Below, piece after piece: positions 1 to 13,707 of a stretch of DNA of 64,000 nt. A program made the translations under genes and the position numbers. The stretch is from Eledone cirrhosa (lineage: Eukaryota). The stretch spans positions 1 through 64,000 of the forward strand of contig CAXHJY010000010.1 in the NCBI GenBank assembly GCA_964016885.1, written 5' to 3'. Position 1 is the stretch's first letter. Each line of letters begins with the position of its first letter. The notes below the pieces were generated by a model, which did no database searches, was not told where the DNA came from, and was given only the letters and a program-made list of their open reading frames with translations.

Positions 1-658
1 AAAAAAGGGCTAAGATAACCACTGGGATTATATACTTACTGAATGTGAATCTTGAGAGAGGTGAAAGGAAGCCAATATCATTCAATATCTGTGACTAACC
101 ACTACATGCTATATATCTCCTCAATATATAATCAGTTTTCATATACTCCCATTTCCAAACCTTTTGTGAAAAGGATATTGATGAAGGGTTTTGTTAGTTT
201 AGCATCTGGTTTTCTATATTCATGGGTCTGTAAAAACATGAGTATACAAGACCTTCGCTATGTCATGCCTGATGTGATCCAAATAGAATAGCTATACCTA
301 TTAACCTAATCATGTATATTTGAGCCATAAATCCTTTCACGGTGAGGGCTGTTTAGATCATGCAAAACAAACAAGGGAGAGAATTCCTACAGCCTGAGCT
401 GATCCATGTCTTTACGAACAACTTTAGACAATGCAATGGAGAGGACATTGTCTATTAGCCAACTTGATGAAATCAATAGACATGATTAAGACATGAAATT
501 GTGAGAATATTCTCAGTTGATAGTAATTTTGTCTCACTAGCCATATTCAAAATGTGAGCCTTTATTTGTAAGAATACACTTGATGCAGATGTCTTGTCAC
601 ACATATTTTTGCCTCTACCAATTGTTGACATATATGTGTCTTTCTCTGTGTGAGTGTG

Positions 659-712
<54 letters not shown>

Positions 713-2852
713 TACGTGCACATAGGTAGTTTATTCTGATTTGCATAATTTATAGACTAGGCTTTCACAAATAATTCATAGGTATGATGCAAATTGTCAC
801 CACCGTGTATTATTATGTGAAGACCGTTTTATCATGAATTGCTATTGTACTATTTTTGTAAATACTAGCTTAATCATTTGGAATTATCTCTATGACTGAA
901 ATTATATTTGTGGCCAATTGTGGAGACCTGTCTACAGATAAATAAGATCTTTTATCTTCTTTCTCTCTTCACTTACTTTTTAACCTAACTTAAGGTGTGC
1001 TGTTTTTCCAGAAAAGCTTGCCAAGATACAAAGGAAAAGGTAGGCTATTTCTACCTTTTGTATGGGTTGAAGTTTGATACTTTTTAATTGCAATCTAGTT
1101 TAAGGTGTTCTGCTTCTTTTTTGTTCTGATTTGATGAGATATTTCAATTACTAAAGTATTTTTTCAACCACCAAAATTTTGTATTTTTTTTAAATTCATT
1201 TTAGAGTACTGTCATTTGTTTAATATAGGAATACAAAATATAAAATATTGCATATGCACGTCATAATGTTATATGCTATAATGAAGGCCACAGTTTTGGA
1301 TTACGTAACTGAAATTGTGCACAGGGTATATTTTGTTTTTAAAGTGACAGTCATAGTCTATATGATTTTTACTGATACTTCCTCTAAAACTAATTAAAAC
1401 CAAATAACATTGCTAATATAATATATGTGTGTGTGTGTGTCTATCTATATACATGTGTGTATATGTATTTATATTTGAGTGTATGTATATATATATGTGT
1501 ATGTATTTATATGAATTCATGCTAGCGTGGAAAATGGACTTTAAATGAAGATGATGATGAGATGATGATGTCTGTGTGTACAAATGTTAGCATGTGTAAT
1601 TAAAAGAGGATGATGGTACTGAAATGTAGTGTAGAGTTTATTCATATTAATATTTTGGCCATGTTCCATATATATACTAAAATGTAGCTGACCACCTGTT
1701 TTATGTCTGAGAAATGGTCAAAAGGAAGCCCTGTATATAAGCTAAAGCAACTAATCATCATATTATGTGGCGTGGTTTTCAAATTCTCATGAGTGGAGAA
1801 TATATTTATGAATTTATAATATTTTATATTCAAAATGTTTTAAGTGTCGATTAGAGTATAGTTTTTGTTTCACAACTGTATTACATAATGATTTTTTACT
1901 ATTTCATCCATTTTATAAAATTTCAATAAGTTTCTCAAATTTTTGTTTACTTCCAGCTACTCAAATGCTGAGAGTATTTTGCTTCTTTTTCATTTTGTTT
2001 TTATCAGACAACACCAGCACCATCTCCCAAATGTAACAGATTTTTATTTAATATACACATTGAATGAAATGCGTACCTTAAAACACTTGAAACAATTTAA
2101 TACTGTACAAGTATTAAAGCTTTAGGTAGATTTTTACAGCTACACATGTTTTGCCCCAGCAGGTTCCTTCTCTCAGTTAACTAGACAGTTAACTAGAAAT
2201 TTCATTATTCAACACTAGTGTAATTTTTTTACATCTTTTTTCTTTATTAATTCATTACACTCAATTTTTTTAAAACCATGTAAGCTGGTTCAAAATTTTT
2301 TAAATCTGCCAGATTATTACTTGAGGATCACTAAAATTTTATGTATTTAGTCTCCAATTTTAACCTATAGAGAGAAAAACAGTCAGCATATGTATGCATG
2401 TATGTGTAGGGGATATTTATGTATTAAAAAGTACAAATTATAAAGATATGTTGTGAATGAATGTTTTCAAGGGTATGCATAAATAACACTCATAATGGTG
2501 TAGAAAGCAATGTTTCCTTGTAAAGTAATCACTCTAGATAGTCTAGCAACTTCTTTACGTATAATATGAAGTTGGTGAAAATTGTCAAAATATTGACCTT
2601 CAGTATTTTTGTCTTATATTTCTTGGCATATATACAGAAATTACATTTCTTGCTCTGTGATCTTTCACCTAGTAGTTTGGGAAGGAAGAAACCAGATTTG
2701 TTGACCAAACCATCAGTTCAAGTAACTGAGTGTATGTACCAAGTCTCCCCAAAATAGCCATCTATTTTAAAAGATAGTAGGAATAAGATAGAATATGTAT
2801 ATATTGACACACAAGTTTCATTGTTAGATTTGACATGGCAAACTAGCATTTG

Positions 2853-2904
<52 letters not shown>

Positions 2905-3000
2905 GCAGAGGTTATATTTAATTTGTTGGGATTCAACAAGCTTAAACATTTTTTAAACTGATATAAAACACTCAACAGTTTAGTGGAGTAAATATACAAT

Positions 3001-4200
3001 ATATTAAATAGAAACTATATTTATAAAACCATATTTATTTTATTATACATATTTCAAGGCAAATTATGGTGCGCTATCCAGGAAGCTCCAACAGTTAAGG
3101 TTGTCTTTTTTTCAGGGTATGTCAATATTTATTTATAAAACTAATTCTGTATTGTATTTTATCTGATGAAAGCACACCATAATTTGCCTTGGTGGCCCTT
3201 GAAATATGTATAATAAAATAAATATGGTTTTATAAATATAGTTTCCATATTGTGTATATATATATATATATATATATATAAACACACCAACACACATATA
3301 TATATATATACAATATATTAATAAATGGAAACTATATTTATAAAACCATATTTATTTTATTATATATATTTGAAGGGCAACCAAGGCAAATTATGGTGCG
3401 CTTTCATCAGATAAAATACAGATTTGTTTTATAAATAAATATTGACATACCCAGAAAAAAAGACAACCTTAACGGTTGGAGCTTCCTGGATAGCGGAGAT
3501 AATATTTTATTGAGGGTGATACAAAGTTATGAGTGAGTATGCAAATGAGTGTCCGAAAAGTTGAAAAGATAACGGTTTATTTAAATTAAACTGTTGGAAG
3601 AAGATGATATGTAAGGGAGAGAGAAAAAAAAAGGAAGGAGAAAGAGAAGAGGAAAGAAAAAACGATTATACATAGTGATAGTGAAGAAAGTCAGAGTGAA
3701 TGAAGAAATAAGTTTTAATGGAAAAAATATACATAGCGTAAATATATCTAAGTGAAAGAAGAAATAAGATTAACGTGGAAGAATAATATTTAGAATGTAG
3801 GGTTCATTACGTTGTGATTATAATATTTATAATGATAGGTTGGAAAATTAGATTAAAATTAAAAATCAAAGATTTAATTTAATATTAATATTAAAAATTA
3901 AAATTAAAACAAGTTTTTATATTATATTAAGATGTATTAGTAATAATATATTGGTTTAGATGTGTATGTTATGGATTATTTAATTAAATATATAGTATTT
4001 TACATTAGAGAAAATCTAGTATAGTTTATTTTATTAAAGTAAGTTTGGCAAAATTATATTTATTAATAGTTGTAAGTCAAAACTTAAACATCCAAAACTT
4101 AAACATCCAAATAATTCTAAATTTATGAAAATTTACGAGAGTTTACAAAGGAATAACTACTTAATTATATTATAAAAACAGTAAGGAAGTATAAAGGAAG
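3001..4200 (-). mobile_element. Penelope-like element 3' remnant with inverted and partially duplicated terminal repeat (copies ~3001-3075 -, ~3070-3250 +, ~3320-3495 -)
   Basis: About 180 bp occurs in both orientations around a (TA)n/(CA)n tract, contains an HHR core, and continues into a purine-rich tail. Related sequence occurs at 39131-39250 and 47324-47490. Confidence 0.7.
3155..3220 (+). ncRNA. Minimal type I hammerhead ribozyme
   Basis: TATTTTAT-CTGATGA-AAG..CTT-GAAA-TATGTA-TA^ATAAAATA with an 8-bp stem I. The inverted copy at 3353-3418 has GAAA changed to CAAA. Confidence 0.75.
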
Positions 4201-4224
4201 TTAGAAGTGATTTTTTAAGAACTC

Positions 4225-5040
4225 AAATGACTAAGACCAAAATCCTTGTGTGCAGAAAAGGAAACAGGGCTCTGATACCCTCTGGGATATGGCCCTACTC
4301 GGTATGCAGAAAAGGAGTAGGCAAAAATTCAATCTGGTGTCCCAAATGCAAACAGTGGGTACACAAGATATGTAGTGGGAAAACAGGCAGACTAGCAAAA
4401 AACACAGACTTCATATGTGGACCCTGCACAAGAGTAGTAAGTAAAGACCTCCAGATAGCAAGTTCCGTCAATTGCACAGAAGACCCCATAGAAATAGTCA
4501 ATAGCTTCTGCTGTCTGGGTGGCTAATTCAGCTTCGGAGGCAGTTGCGCAGAAAGTAAAACTGCGAGAGTAAGAACAGGATGGAAAAAGTTCAGGGAGCT
4601 ACTGCCGCTGCTAACTACACAAGGTCTCTCACTCAGGATAAAAGGCAATCTGTACGATGCCTGTGTGCACTCAGCAGCGCTATGTGGAAGCAAAACATGA
4701 GCTCTGCGTGTTGAGGACCTATGAAAGAAACAAAGCCTTCATGATCAGATGGATGTGTAACAGAAGTGTGTGTGAACGGCAAAGTGTAAGTGTATTGAGA
4801 GTGAAACTGGGTATAAGAGGGATAAAATGCTGTGTGCAGGAGAGAAGACTGTGGTGGTATGGTCTTGTGATGCACATGAAGGATGACAGTTGCTTAAAAA
4901 GCTGCAAGGCTTTAGAGGTTGCAGGATGCCTCAAAAGAGGAAGATGTGGGATGAAACGATAAAGGTGAGCCTGATCCAACTGAATCTCCCAATGAGGATG
5001 ACACAGGACAGAGTCCTCTGGCACTACAATGTACAACAAA
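4225..5040 (+). mobile_element. RTE-type LINE 3' fragment, degenerate
   Basis: Frames read KTKILVC..., a Cys-rich VCRKGVGKNSIWCPKCKQWVHKICSG, FCCLG, RVRTGWKKFRELLPLL and ERRLWWYG, with stops and frameshifts. Confidence 0.85.
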
Positions 5041-5164
5041 AGACCTGTGTCCACACCTCAACCCCGGACTTGGCTCATAATGCCACTACTTAGTCCCACA
5101 CTGTAAACACAGTCGATGGCAGGCCTACCCAGTAACATGGCTCGCTTTATGAGTAAGGCTTGAT

Positions 5165-5490
5165 GCAGCCAACTGGCCTGTCCTCCCTCATAGCAGTGCC
5201 ATCCAGTTCAAGGCTCCCAAACTCTGGTTCCACTGTGAGAGCTGTTGTTCTGTTGTGAGAAGGGGTTTAGCATGGCCAACTGGCCTGGCCATCCAGTTCC
5301 ACTCTGCATATGTTGCGGGACCCAAACTATGGTTTTGCTGTGAGAAGAGTTTAGTGGAGCCAACTGGTCTGTCCCCCCTCATAGCGGTGCCATATAGTTC
5401 CAAGCTCCCAAACTCTGGTTCTGCTGTGAGAACAGTTTGACGCGGCCAACTGGCCTGTCCCTCCTCATAATGGTGCCATCCAGTTCTACA
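5165..5490. repeat. Imperfect tandem repeat (about 4 units anchored on GCCAACTGGCCTG...CATCCAGTTC) in the LINE 3' region
   Basis: The motif recurs near 5168, 5275, 5359 and 5445. Confidence 0.7.
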
Positions 5491-7169
5491 TTGTAAATGT
5501 GGTTGGTTTTTATGAAGGGTATCTAGCTGTAAAAGCCCCAGCCAAATTTACAGTCCCGTCAGAGCAAGGTACAGTTTGACCAATTCAGGCCAGACTTGTC
5601 TCTCGAAATGGAAAACCCATCTAACCCACGCTAGCATGGGTTATATATAGTTAAAATAATAAATTCATATTAAAATTTGTATCATTACATACATACTATT
5701 GAGGCATGTTATTTATAATATTTAGATTGATCTTAAAATCTTTTAGCTTTCATTTTGTTTTTGTATCCAAATAGTTGAAGTATATTCTTTGAATTCTAAA
5801 TATGTACCTTTCCTTACCTGTTGATTTTAACATATTTTTCAAACTTTTTGGTTGTGATTTAAAACTGTTGTGTAAGTTCATGAATTATAACACAATTTAG
5901 TCTATGACTTCTGCTTCAGGTAGTGATCTGCTAATATCTTTGATAAAACTTCATAAAACAGTAGATTAATTTCTTGGTTTTGTTTTGAAGTTATTTTAAA
6001 GAAATATTAATCTTGATATTTATTAATCATAATGATAATAATGTTTAAAAAGAGGAGGAATAAATCAAGAAAAATAATCAGAATAAAACCAGCACTGTGG
6101 CAATATATGTATCAAAATACATATATTGTGTAAAGTTATAAGAGGTTACCAAATATATACTGTAAACTCAATTAGTATTTTGCATTTTCCTTTGTTGTTG
6201 TCAGACATGATGAATTTACAGTAAGTTAATGTAAATGTTTTATGGTTTCAACATACAAAATAGTGAATGTATTACCTTGAAGAATGATGAGAGAGATGTG
6301 GTGAAAGAGCTTTTCTACCTACAGATGGCCCTGTTTAGCCCAATTAAGTGGGAAGGTTGTTTGGGGTTCGAGACGTCAGATGTTTCCACCACTATCGGTT
6401 CAAAAAGAAACCTATCAAAGAGTATCTGGTACCTTGTTACCTTCTAGTCTTCAGCCTTTTGAGCAATGAAGCCTGGGTCTGATGTGTTCTACTCAAAATA
6501 GATAAAGAGAAAAAAGTAAAATGAAAAAAAGAAAAGTTCATATTTTAAAATTTCTACTATATTCATTGATATAGTAAGTTATTTCATACAATGATACTTT
6601 ATGGGCTTATTTCTAATGAAATACACTTCCTATGTGTTTCAATAAATTTTGAAGATAATACACAGTAATAAGGGATTTAGTAAAATAATCAAGTTTTTCA
6701 TTAATAAACTGGCATGTGGAATATAACTTAAACCTTCTTATGCAGCATTATGTTAGTTGTTAATTAAAATAGAAACACTTAGTTGTTAATTAAAATAGAA
6801 ACACTTTATCTCTTTTGATACCAAACCACCTGAAACTATCCCTGGTTCATTTCAAATGTTTATATTTGTCTAAAGATTTTCCATTATAATTTCATATAAG
6901 AAATTTTGTAAAGTTATGCTACAAACAGTACACTTAATAATGAAGAATTTAATTATATTATCCAATCCCTCTATTACCTTGATTATTTTCAAAATTATTT
7001 GTCAATTATAGGCAGTGTATTTCAGTAGTAATAAAAAGGTTAAAAAGTTTGATTGGTTTCAAAATGGTTAACTTAAATCTACAATGTTAAGTTGTTATTC
7101 TATAAGATTTTGTCAACAAATGTTCCACTAAAGGTGCATACTGTCACCTCTTCTGTTCATAATCTTCAT

Positions 7170-7700
7170 GAACATGATTGACTGCAAAGCCAGACTGGAA
7201 GTGGTATCAAGACTAGCAGATGTAGGATCAGTTTGCTGGAATCTGCAGACAACATGGTACTATTTAATTCATTGGAAAGTGATCTCTAACATGCACTTGC
7301 TAGGTTTGCTGCTAAATGCTGCATGGCAGGAATGAAAATCAGTGTTGCAAAGATTGAAACACTCAAGGAAACATGCACAGTACACTCTGCATATGAGTGG
7401 AGTTATAATGAAGCAGGTGGAGAAGTTCAAATCTCAGACCTGCTATTTCTTCAAATCAAGATATCACAGCTCCTATACTACAGATATGTGGTTAGAACAT
7501 CTAAGGAAATAATTGCTGGACAGATTTTACAGGCAAAGCCAACCAGCAGGAGATCCAGAGTCAGACTATGAGTAAAATGGTTGGACAACATCTATGAGCT
7601 AAGTTGGTCTTGCTTGGACATCAAGATAGATCAGTTGGAGATGGTTGATTCTGATAGGACCCTCTAGAAGACATGTCTGAGAATAATAATACCACAATCT
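7170..7700 (+). mobile_element. Old RTE-like LINE 3' fragment
   Basis: Reads AGMKISVAKIE and LLYYRYVVR..ILQAKPT. Its 3' end resembles 23090-23220 and the reverse complement of 63690-63770. Confidence 0.6.
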
Positions 7701-8566
7701 TTCCATGAATAATTGCATGAAAAAGAAGAATCTTGGCTTTATATCTCTTTGACGTATCTGTTTATCGTTGTGTGAGCAAAGATGTGCAAACATGTTTGTC
7801 AAGTGTCATTTTAGAGAAACATTTATACATTTCCCTCTTTAATGACAATTTTCTTAATTGAAACTCAACAAAAGGTGTGAGTACTACTATAAATGACACT
7901 TTTTGTTTTTGAATTTCAGTTTTTATTATAATGTGAATATTCTGCTAAATGTATTTCTTATTGTTGCTGTTTTTTTTTTGTTTTGTTTTTTTCATAGCAT
8001 TTGAAAAAAGTTGCTATGAAAAGTATTTAGCTTAAATTATATTAAAAGTGTATTAGTGTTGTTTTATTTTTATAGATGTTCGATAATGTGTTTTCTACTA
8101 ATATTTAAATTTTGAATGATTGTTTATCAATAATTATTGGAGTTATTAACAATAAGCACCAATTAATATTCTAAAGTTTATGAAGTTAATTTAATTAATA
8201 GTCCTGAAAAAAAATTAGTTTTACTGAAGAAATCTATATTACTTCAGTGATATATTTTGTAGCTTTTACTGAGATAAATAATTATAGAAAGAAAAAAAAA
8301 TGGATCCTACTAGAAATAGGAAAATATTTTTATTAATTAATTTCATGGTTGGTACTGACTTTCTAATTTTACCTGTATTGTTTTGTTTATTTGAAGAAGA
8401 CTTGCTTTTGTTTCTGTTTTCACATTGAGATTGTTTAATCAAATTATCTTTTTATCATATTTTTTAATGTAGCAGTTACTTCTAGTAAAAGAAATATCCA
8501 AACAAATGGGAATTATTTTATACAAAATTAGGCATGGCATTATCTTCAACATCATCATCATCATCA

Positions 8567-8615
<49 letters not shown>

Positions 8616-8624
8616 TATTATTAC

Positions 8625-8850
8625 GGCAGTATCGGTAGAGCGTCAGACACCATGCTTTGCAGCATCGAGTTATGGCCCTTTACGTTCTGAGTTCAAATCC
8701 CGCCACGGTTAACTTTGCCCTTCATCCTTACGGGGTCGATAAGATAAAGCACCAGTAATGCACTGGGGGCGGTTTAACCGACTTTCTCATCCCCTTCAAA
8801 TTGCTGGCCTTGTGCCTATATAAGAAACCATTATTATTATTATTATTTAT
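8625..8850 (+). mobile_element. tRNA-derived SINE
   Basis: A-box-like GGCAGTATCGG, B-box GTTCAAATCC, core CTTCATCCTTACGGGGTCGATAA and an (ATT)n tail. Many copies in the window. Confidence 0.85.
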
Positions 8851-9016
8851 TTATTTATTATTATATTTTTTATTACAGGACATAAATTTGAATATTTTGT
8901 AATTGGATCTTGAAACTGAAATAGCACTAATCACACTAAATTGTATGTCTGTAGAATACACACACACGCATGTTGGTTTTTCACGTATTTTCATGAAAAA
9001 AGGGCAACATATATGT

Positions 9017-9077
<61 letters not shown>

Positions 9078-9966
9078 TTGGTAGAAATCCATAGATGAAA
9101 TATCAAGGAAAACAGTGTTCAATCTGTTGGAATAGAGCTTATTTAGTATAAACCAAGTTTATACTAAATATGTTTATACTGAAATAATTATACAATATGA
9201 CTGGACCTTGATACCAATGGTAGCACATACATGTTAAGTGTAAAAAACTTTGTTTATACTATATATTTACTCTTTTACCTGTTCCAGCCATCTGGCTGAG
9301 GCCATGCTGGGGCACCACTTTTGTATATATATTTATATATATATGTGTGGATGTATAGTGTTAACCTAAATAATGTAAGGGCCATTTGATACAAATCCCT
9401 ACTCCTTTACACCACTCCTGTGTAAAGTTGAAATATTATTTACTTTGTGTTTGGTAGCTGGAGATAAATATACTTATGTAACATGACAAATTTCAATCCC
9501 TTGACCTGTTGGCCAGTTAATCCATCATTTCACCCACCTATCCTACTTTTGTATATATAATTCTTTCATTCATCATCATCATCATCGTTTAACGTCTATC
9601 TTCATTACTTTTATCAATATGCACTACTTTATTGACATACACTTACACTTTCCAAAAGATTTGGATATTTCAAAAACACTAAAATGCCATTCTTAATTAT
9701 TTCATAAAAATAAAAGTTAGAAATAAAGCACCTGTTAATATATTGACAGAAATGTTAGGCTCAGACAAAATACTTTAGATTCATTCTTCTATGTATATTT
9801 TCAATGAAATCATTGAAAATATACCGAGATGAAATAATTTCTTTGAAAATGGCATTTAAGGGAAAAAGAAATAAGGAGAGAAATGTTAAACTTCCAACAT
9901 TACTTATCATTTGTGTAGAACTCTTTGATTTTTTAAAACGATTTTGCAAACCTTTTTTCCCTAAAG

Positions 9967-10062
9967 ATTGAAGCCCACAAACTTGAATTCACTGAAAATG
10001 CTCAGCCAAAAGTTGGATCTAAAGATAACATCATCCACCAACCTGGTGGAGGTAATATTCAA
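9967..10062 (+). CDS. Tau/MAP2/MAP4-family microtubule-associated protein, penultimate coding exon (one microtubule-binding repeat)
   Basis: Acceptor ccttttttccctaaag, 96-nt phase-0 exon IEAHKLEFTENAQPKVGSKDNIIHQPGGGNIQ (KxGS..N+.H.PGGG), donor gtgagt. Confidence 0.93.
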
Positions 10063-11189
10063 GTGAGTTGTCTTTTATTAAACAAGAATTTCATTTTACT
10101 TCTAGTGTTGAGCAAGTTGGATACTGTAAAGTAGCTAATTGAAAAAAAATTGGCTGAGAAATCAGTTGGTATATATGTTGGGCCATTCTGTTATTCTTGC
10201 TAGAAAAGAATTCAAAATGATTTCAAATGAAAGTACTAGCTAGTTTGAATGAAGAAGAGATTGATAAATGAAAATCTATATCAATTTTGAGAAGAAGAAA
10301 TGAATGTCTATCGTATTAGTTGTCTTACATTCAACAAGAATGGTTTAGATGTTTTTAATACAAGACTATAATTGTGTTTGAGTGTGTATGTGGTGTGCAC
10401 ACATTTGTGTGTGTGTGTGATGTATATCATCATCATCATCATCATTGTTACTGCCATTTTTCTTTAGCGCAGCACCTCATCACTTTCTGCAGTCCTTTTC
10501 CATCCCCTTGGTTAGGTTTAGTCTCTTAAAATCAGACATCACCACTACTTCCCTTGTCTTCCTAGGCCTACTTTTGCAGGATCACTTAGCACTGAAAATG
10601 AAATGCTTGAAAATTCCATATTTGTATGGTTCAACAGTCAACATTCTAGAGTGACAACTCTTTTTAAAGCACTTTAAATTCATGCTAGAAATGTTGTATG
10701 AATTAAACATTTTATATATGTACACATCACCCTCATTATCTTTTTATGGTTCCCATGCTGTCATAGGGTGTATGGGTTATCATGATCCAAGTCAGTTCTA
10801 AATGGATCAGGGACTGATCCACTTAGAACTGACTTGTCATGCTTGTACATTCCATTTTTGGCATGGTTTTTACTGCTGGATGCTTTCCCGGTGGTCAACC
10901 ACTCTACAGAGTATGATGAGAGCATTTTATCATGGCACCAGTAATAGAATAATTGTAATTTCCTCAGCCAGACTAAAAAGTCTTCTTTGCCCTATGTTAT
11001 CTCTGTTCATTCACCAACCACTTTACAAACTGTTTTGGCTCCATTTTATCATAGAACCAGCACAAATGAGGATGTTTAGCTTCCCACAAGACTAAAGAGT
11101 CCTGACTATTTTACGTCAGCAACGTGACCAAGAAGGTGAATAGAAGAGAGTATAGTGGGACAAATGGAATGATTGGATGAAAGGATATT

Positions 11190-11950
11190 AGAAAGAGAAG
11201 TAATAGGAGAGAGATGGTGATTGCAGCAACATGCTTGCTTTTGAGAGAGTGGGAGGGGTAGTGATTGTTAGTAATACAGATGGACTGTAATGAATGTCAA
11301 TATTGAGTGACCTGGGAGAGGGAGAGATGATTAACAGTACAGATGGGTTATAGTTGGGGGTATCAAATATAGATAGATCCAGTGTCATACATCATTACAT
11401 AGGCAATGTGGCTACATAAATAGGAAAGAGTGAGTGGTAGAGTATAGATCTGGAAAAAGTTGTTTTCATTTGGTCCTTATGGAAACAGAACTTAGAATCA
11501 AAAGGGCTCAGAGTAAACCAGGCAAAGACCAAAGTTTTTGTAAGTTGGAAAGAAGACAAGACACTGCTTCCATGAGGGAAGTGGCCATGTTTGATTTGTA
11601 GAAAAAGAGTAAGTAGGAATTCTATATGATTTACAGTTATGGTCGGGGTACACAAGAGGTGGAGTGGGATTGTAAGCAGGCTAATGGAAAAAGATCTTAC
11701 ATGTGACATATGCATAGGGGTAATTACTAGTAAGAGCATCAGTGAAATAAATCTTTTCCAATCCCTGGAAGGTACCATAGAAGTAGTAGATGTTAGTTTC
11801 TGCTACTTAAGTGACCTAATTATCAGCAGAGGAGGCTGCTCTGAAAGCATAGTAGCTAGAATGAATACTGGCTGGAAAATTGTTCAGGGAACTATCACCT
11901 CTTTTCATAACAAAGGGATTCTGTCTCCAACCAAAATATAGACTGTATGA
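11190..11950 (+). mobile_element. RTE-type LINE fragment, degenerate
   Basis: Reads WKQNLESKGLRVNQAKTKVFV and SFCYLSDLIISRGGCSESIVARMNTGWK. Confidence 0.75.
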
Positions 11951-12326
11951 TGTTTTGACTAAACTATTTAGCAGATATGGATGTTTAAAATCATTGACAA
12001 ATGATTTTTCATATTGCTCCTGGATTAAAATCTACTGAGCAAAGTAATCTTAGGAATCAAGGATCCACACTATTTATTTCCTCACTTCATTATGAATACT
12101 TGTGTTTGTCTATCTTTCATGATAGTGCAACATTTTCTATACATAATTTTGCTAAATTTATATGGGTTTTTTTTTCTGTATTGTTTTATGTATCTTTTAT
12201 GTGTCTTATATACCTAATTCATCATTTCCACAGCAATTATTTTTATTTCTTGTTCAGTGTGCGTATGTGTGTGAGAGTGGCAAGCTATATTTCTGTATTA
12301 ATTTAATTTCTCCTTGCTTTTTCTAG

Positions 12327-12398
12327 GTTGAAAGCCACGTACTAAGATTCAAGGAAAATGCAGAACCACGAACAAACACTGGCATTAACAAGTCATAG
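12327..12398 (+). CDS. Tau/MAP-family protein, last coding exon
   Basis: Acceptor tccttgctttttctag, then VESHVLRFKENAEPRTNTGINKS*. It is in phase with the previous exon and resembles the tau post-repeat segment IETHKLTFRENAKAKTDHG. Confidence 0.88.
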   Translation, partial: VESHVLRFKENAEPRTNTGINKS

Positions 12399-13616
12399 CT
12401 GTAAATGCAACTTTTATTCCAGTTTTTTTCCCCAGACTTGGATAGGTCTGTCTTCTCTGTCTTTCAATAGCTCATTCAACCCAACAAATATATATATATA
12501 AATATATATGGGAGAAAAAAAAATGAAAATGTGAAGACATTCTTTTTCTTTTCTTAGGTTTCTTTAAAGAACTATTATTCCAACCCCTACTTTTATTCCA
12601 TACTATCACATCCAAGATCATTGATTTGATGTTATAATAGTAAAGAAAGCGACACAACAGTCAGTGTTTAGTAAACTTTTCAGTTATTCATAAGTCAAAA
12701 AAAAAAAAGAAAATCAGAAAAAAAAGAAGAAAAAAGGTAGCACTTTACCTAAAGTTTAAAAAAAGGATACAAAAAATAACATAAATAAAAAAAAACTGAA
12801 AAAAAAAACACAACAAAAAATTCTTCTCCCTGGACACCTATAGTTTAAAACCCTATGGTGGTTACTGTATAACAACACCCTTTGTGATATTGTACACACT
12901 GGCAAATGTCAATCTCACAACTGCAGAGAAGGAAGAGACAGAGCAGAAAAGAATCGCACTCTTGATGGTTATTGAAGACTCTCTACAAGCAAGTTCAGCA
13001 TGTCTTATAGTAAGAAATGGGAACAATAAGATGCTTATTGCATTCACATATTTTAGACCTAAATTCTGAACACTCTAAAAAATAGCTCAAAACAGTATGA
13101 ATATGTTTCTTTTTATTTTTCTTCTTATTTTTCTTTCCTCTTCTTGTTCTTCAGTATAGCAGTTTTGCTGTTTGATGGTTTACTACCCTCACCTCTTCTA
13201 TATGTTCTCTCTTTCTATTCCTCCTATAGAATGCTGACTATTGCTCTTGACCCTTATACATATGTGTATATATATATGTATGTGTATTTATATATAGATA
13301 CATATATATATATACATTATATTTATCTGTATATACAGATATATAGATATTATATATATTTAAGTGTATATATATATAATACATATATCTATATTATATA
13401 TTTATATGTGTAGATGATGATATTGATATATATATATATGTATATTTATATTATATATTTGTGTATATATATATAATACATATTATATATCTTTATATAT
13501 ATATAATACATATTATATATCTCTATATATATGTGTGCATATAATACACATAAATAATAAATTTATATTATATAAATAAATATTTATAATACATACATAT
13601 ATGTATATATAGATAA

Positions 13617-13669
<53 letters not shown>

Positions 13670-13676
13670 TAAATAA

Positions 13677-13707
<31 letters not shown>

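Noticed and set aside
6205-6220. 16-nt segment between a good acceptor (ttgttgtcag) and donor (gtaagt)
   Set aside because: It is frame-shifting, starts ACA-TGA in phase 0, and has no other support.
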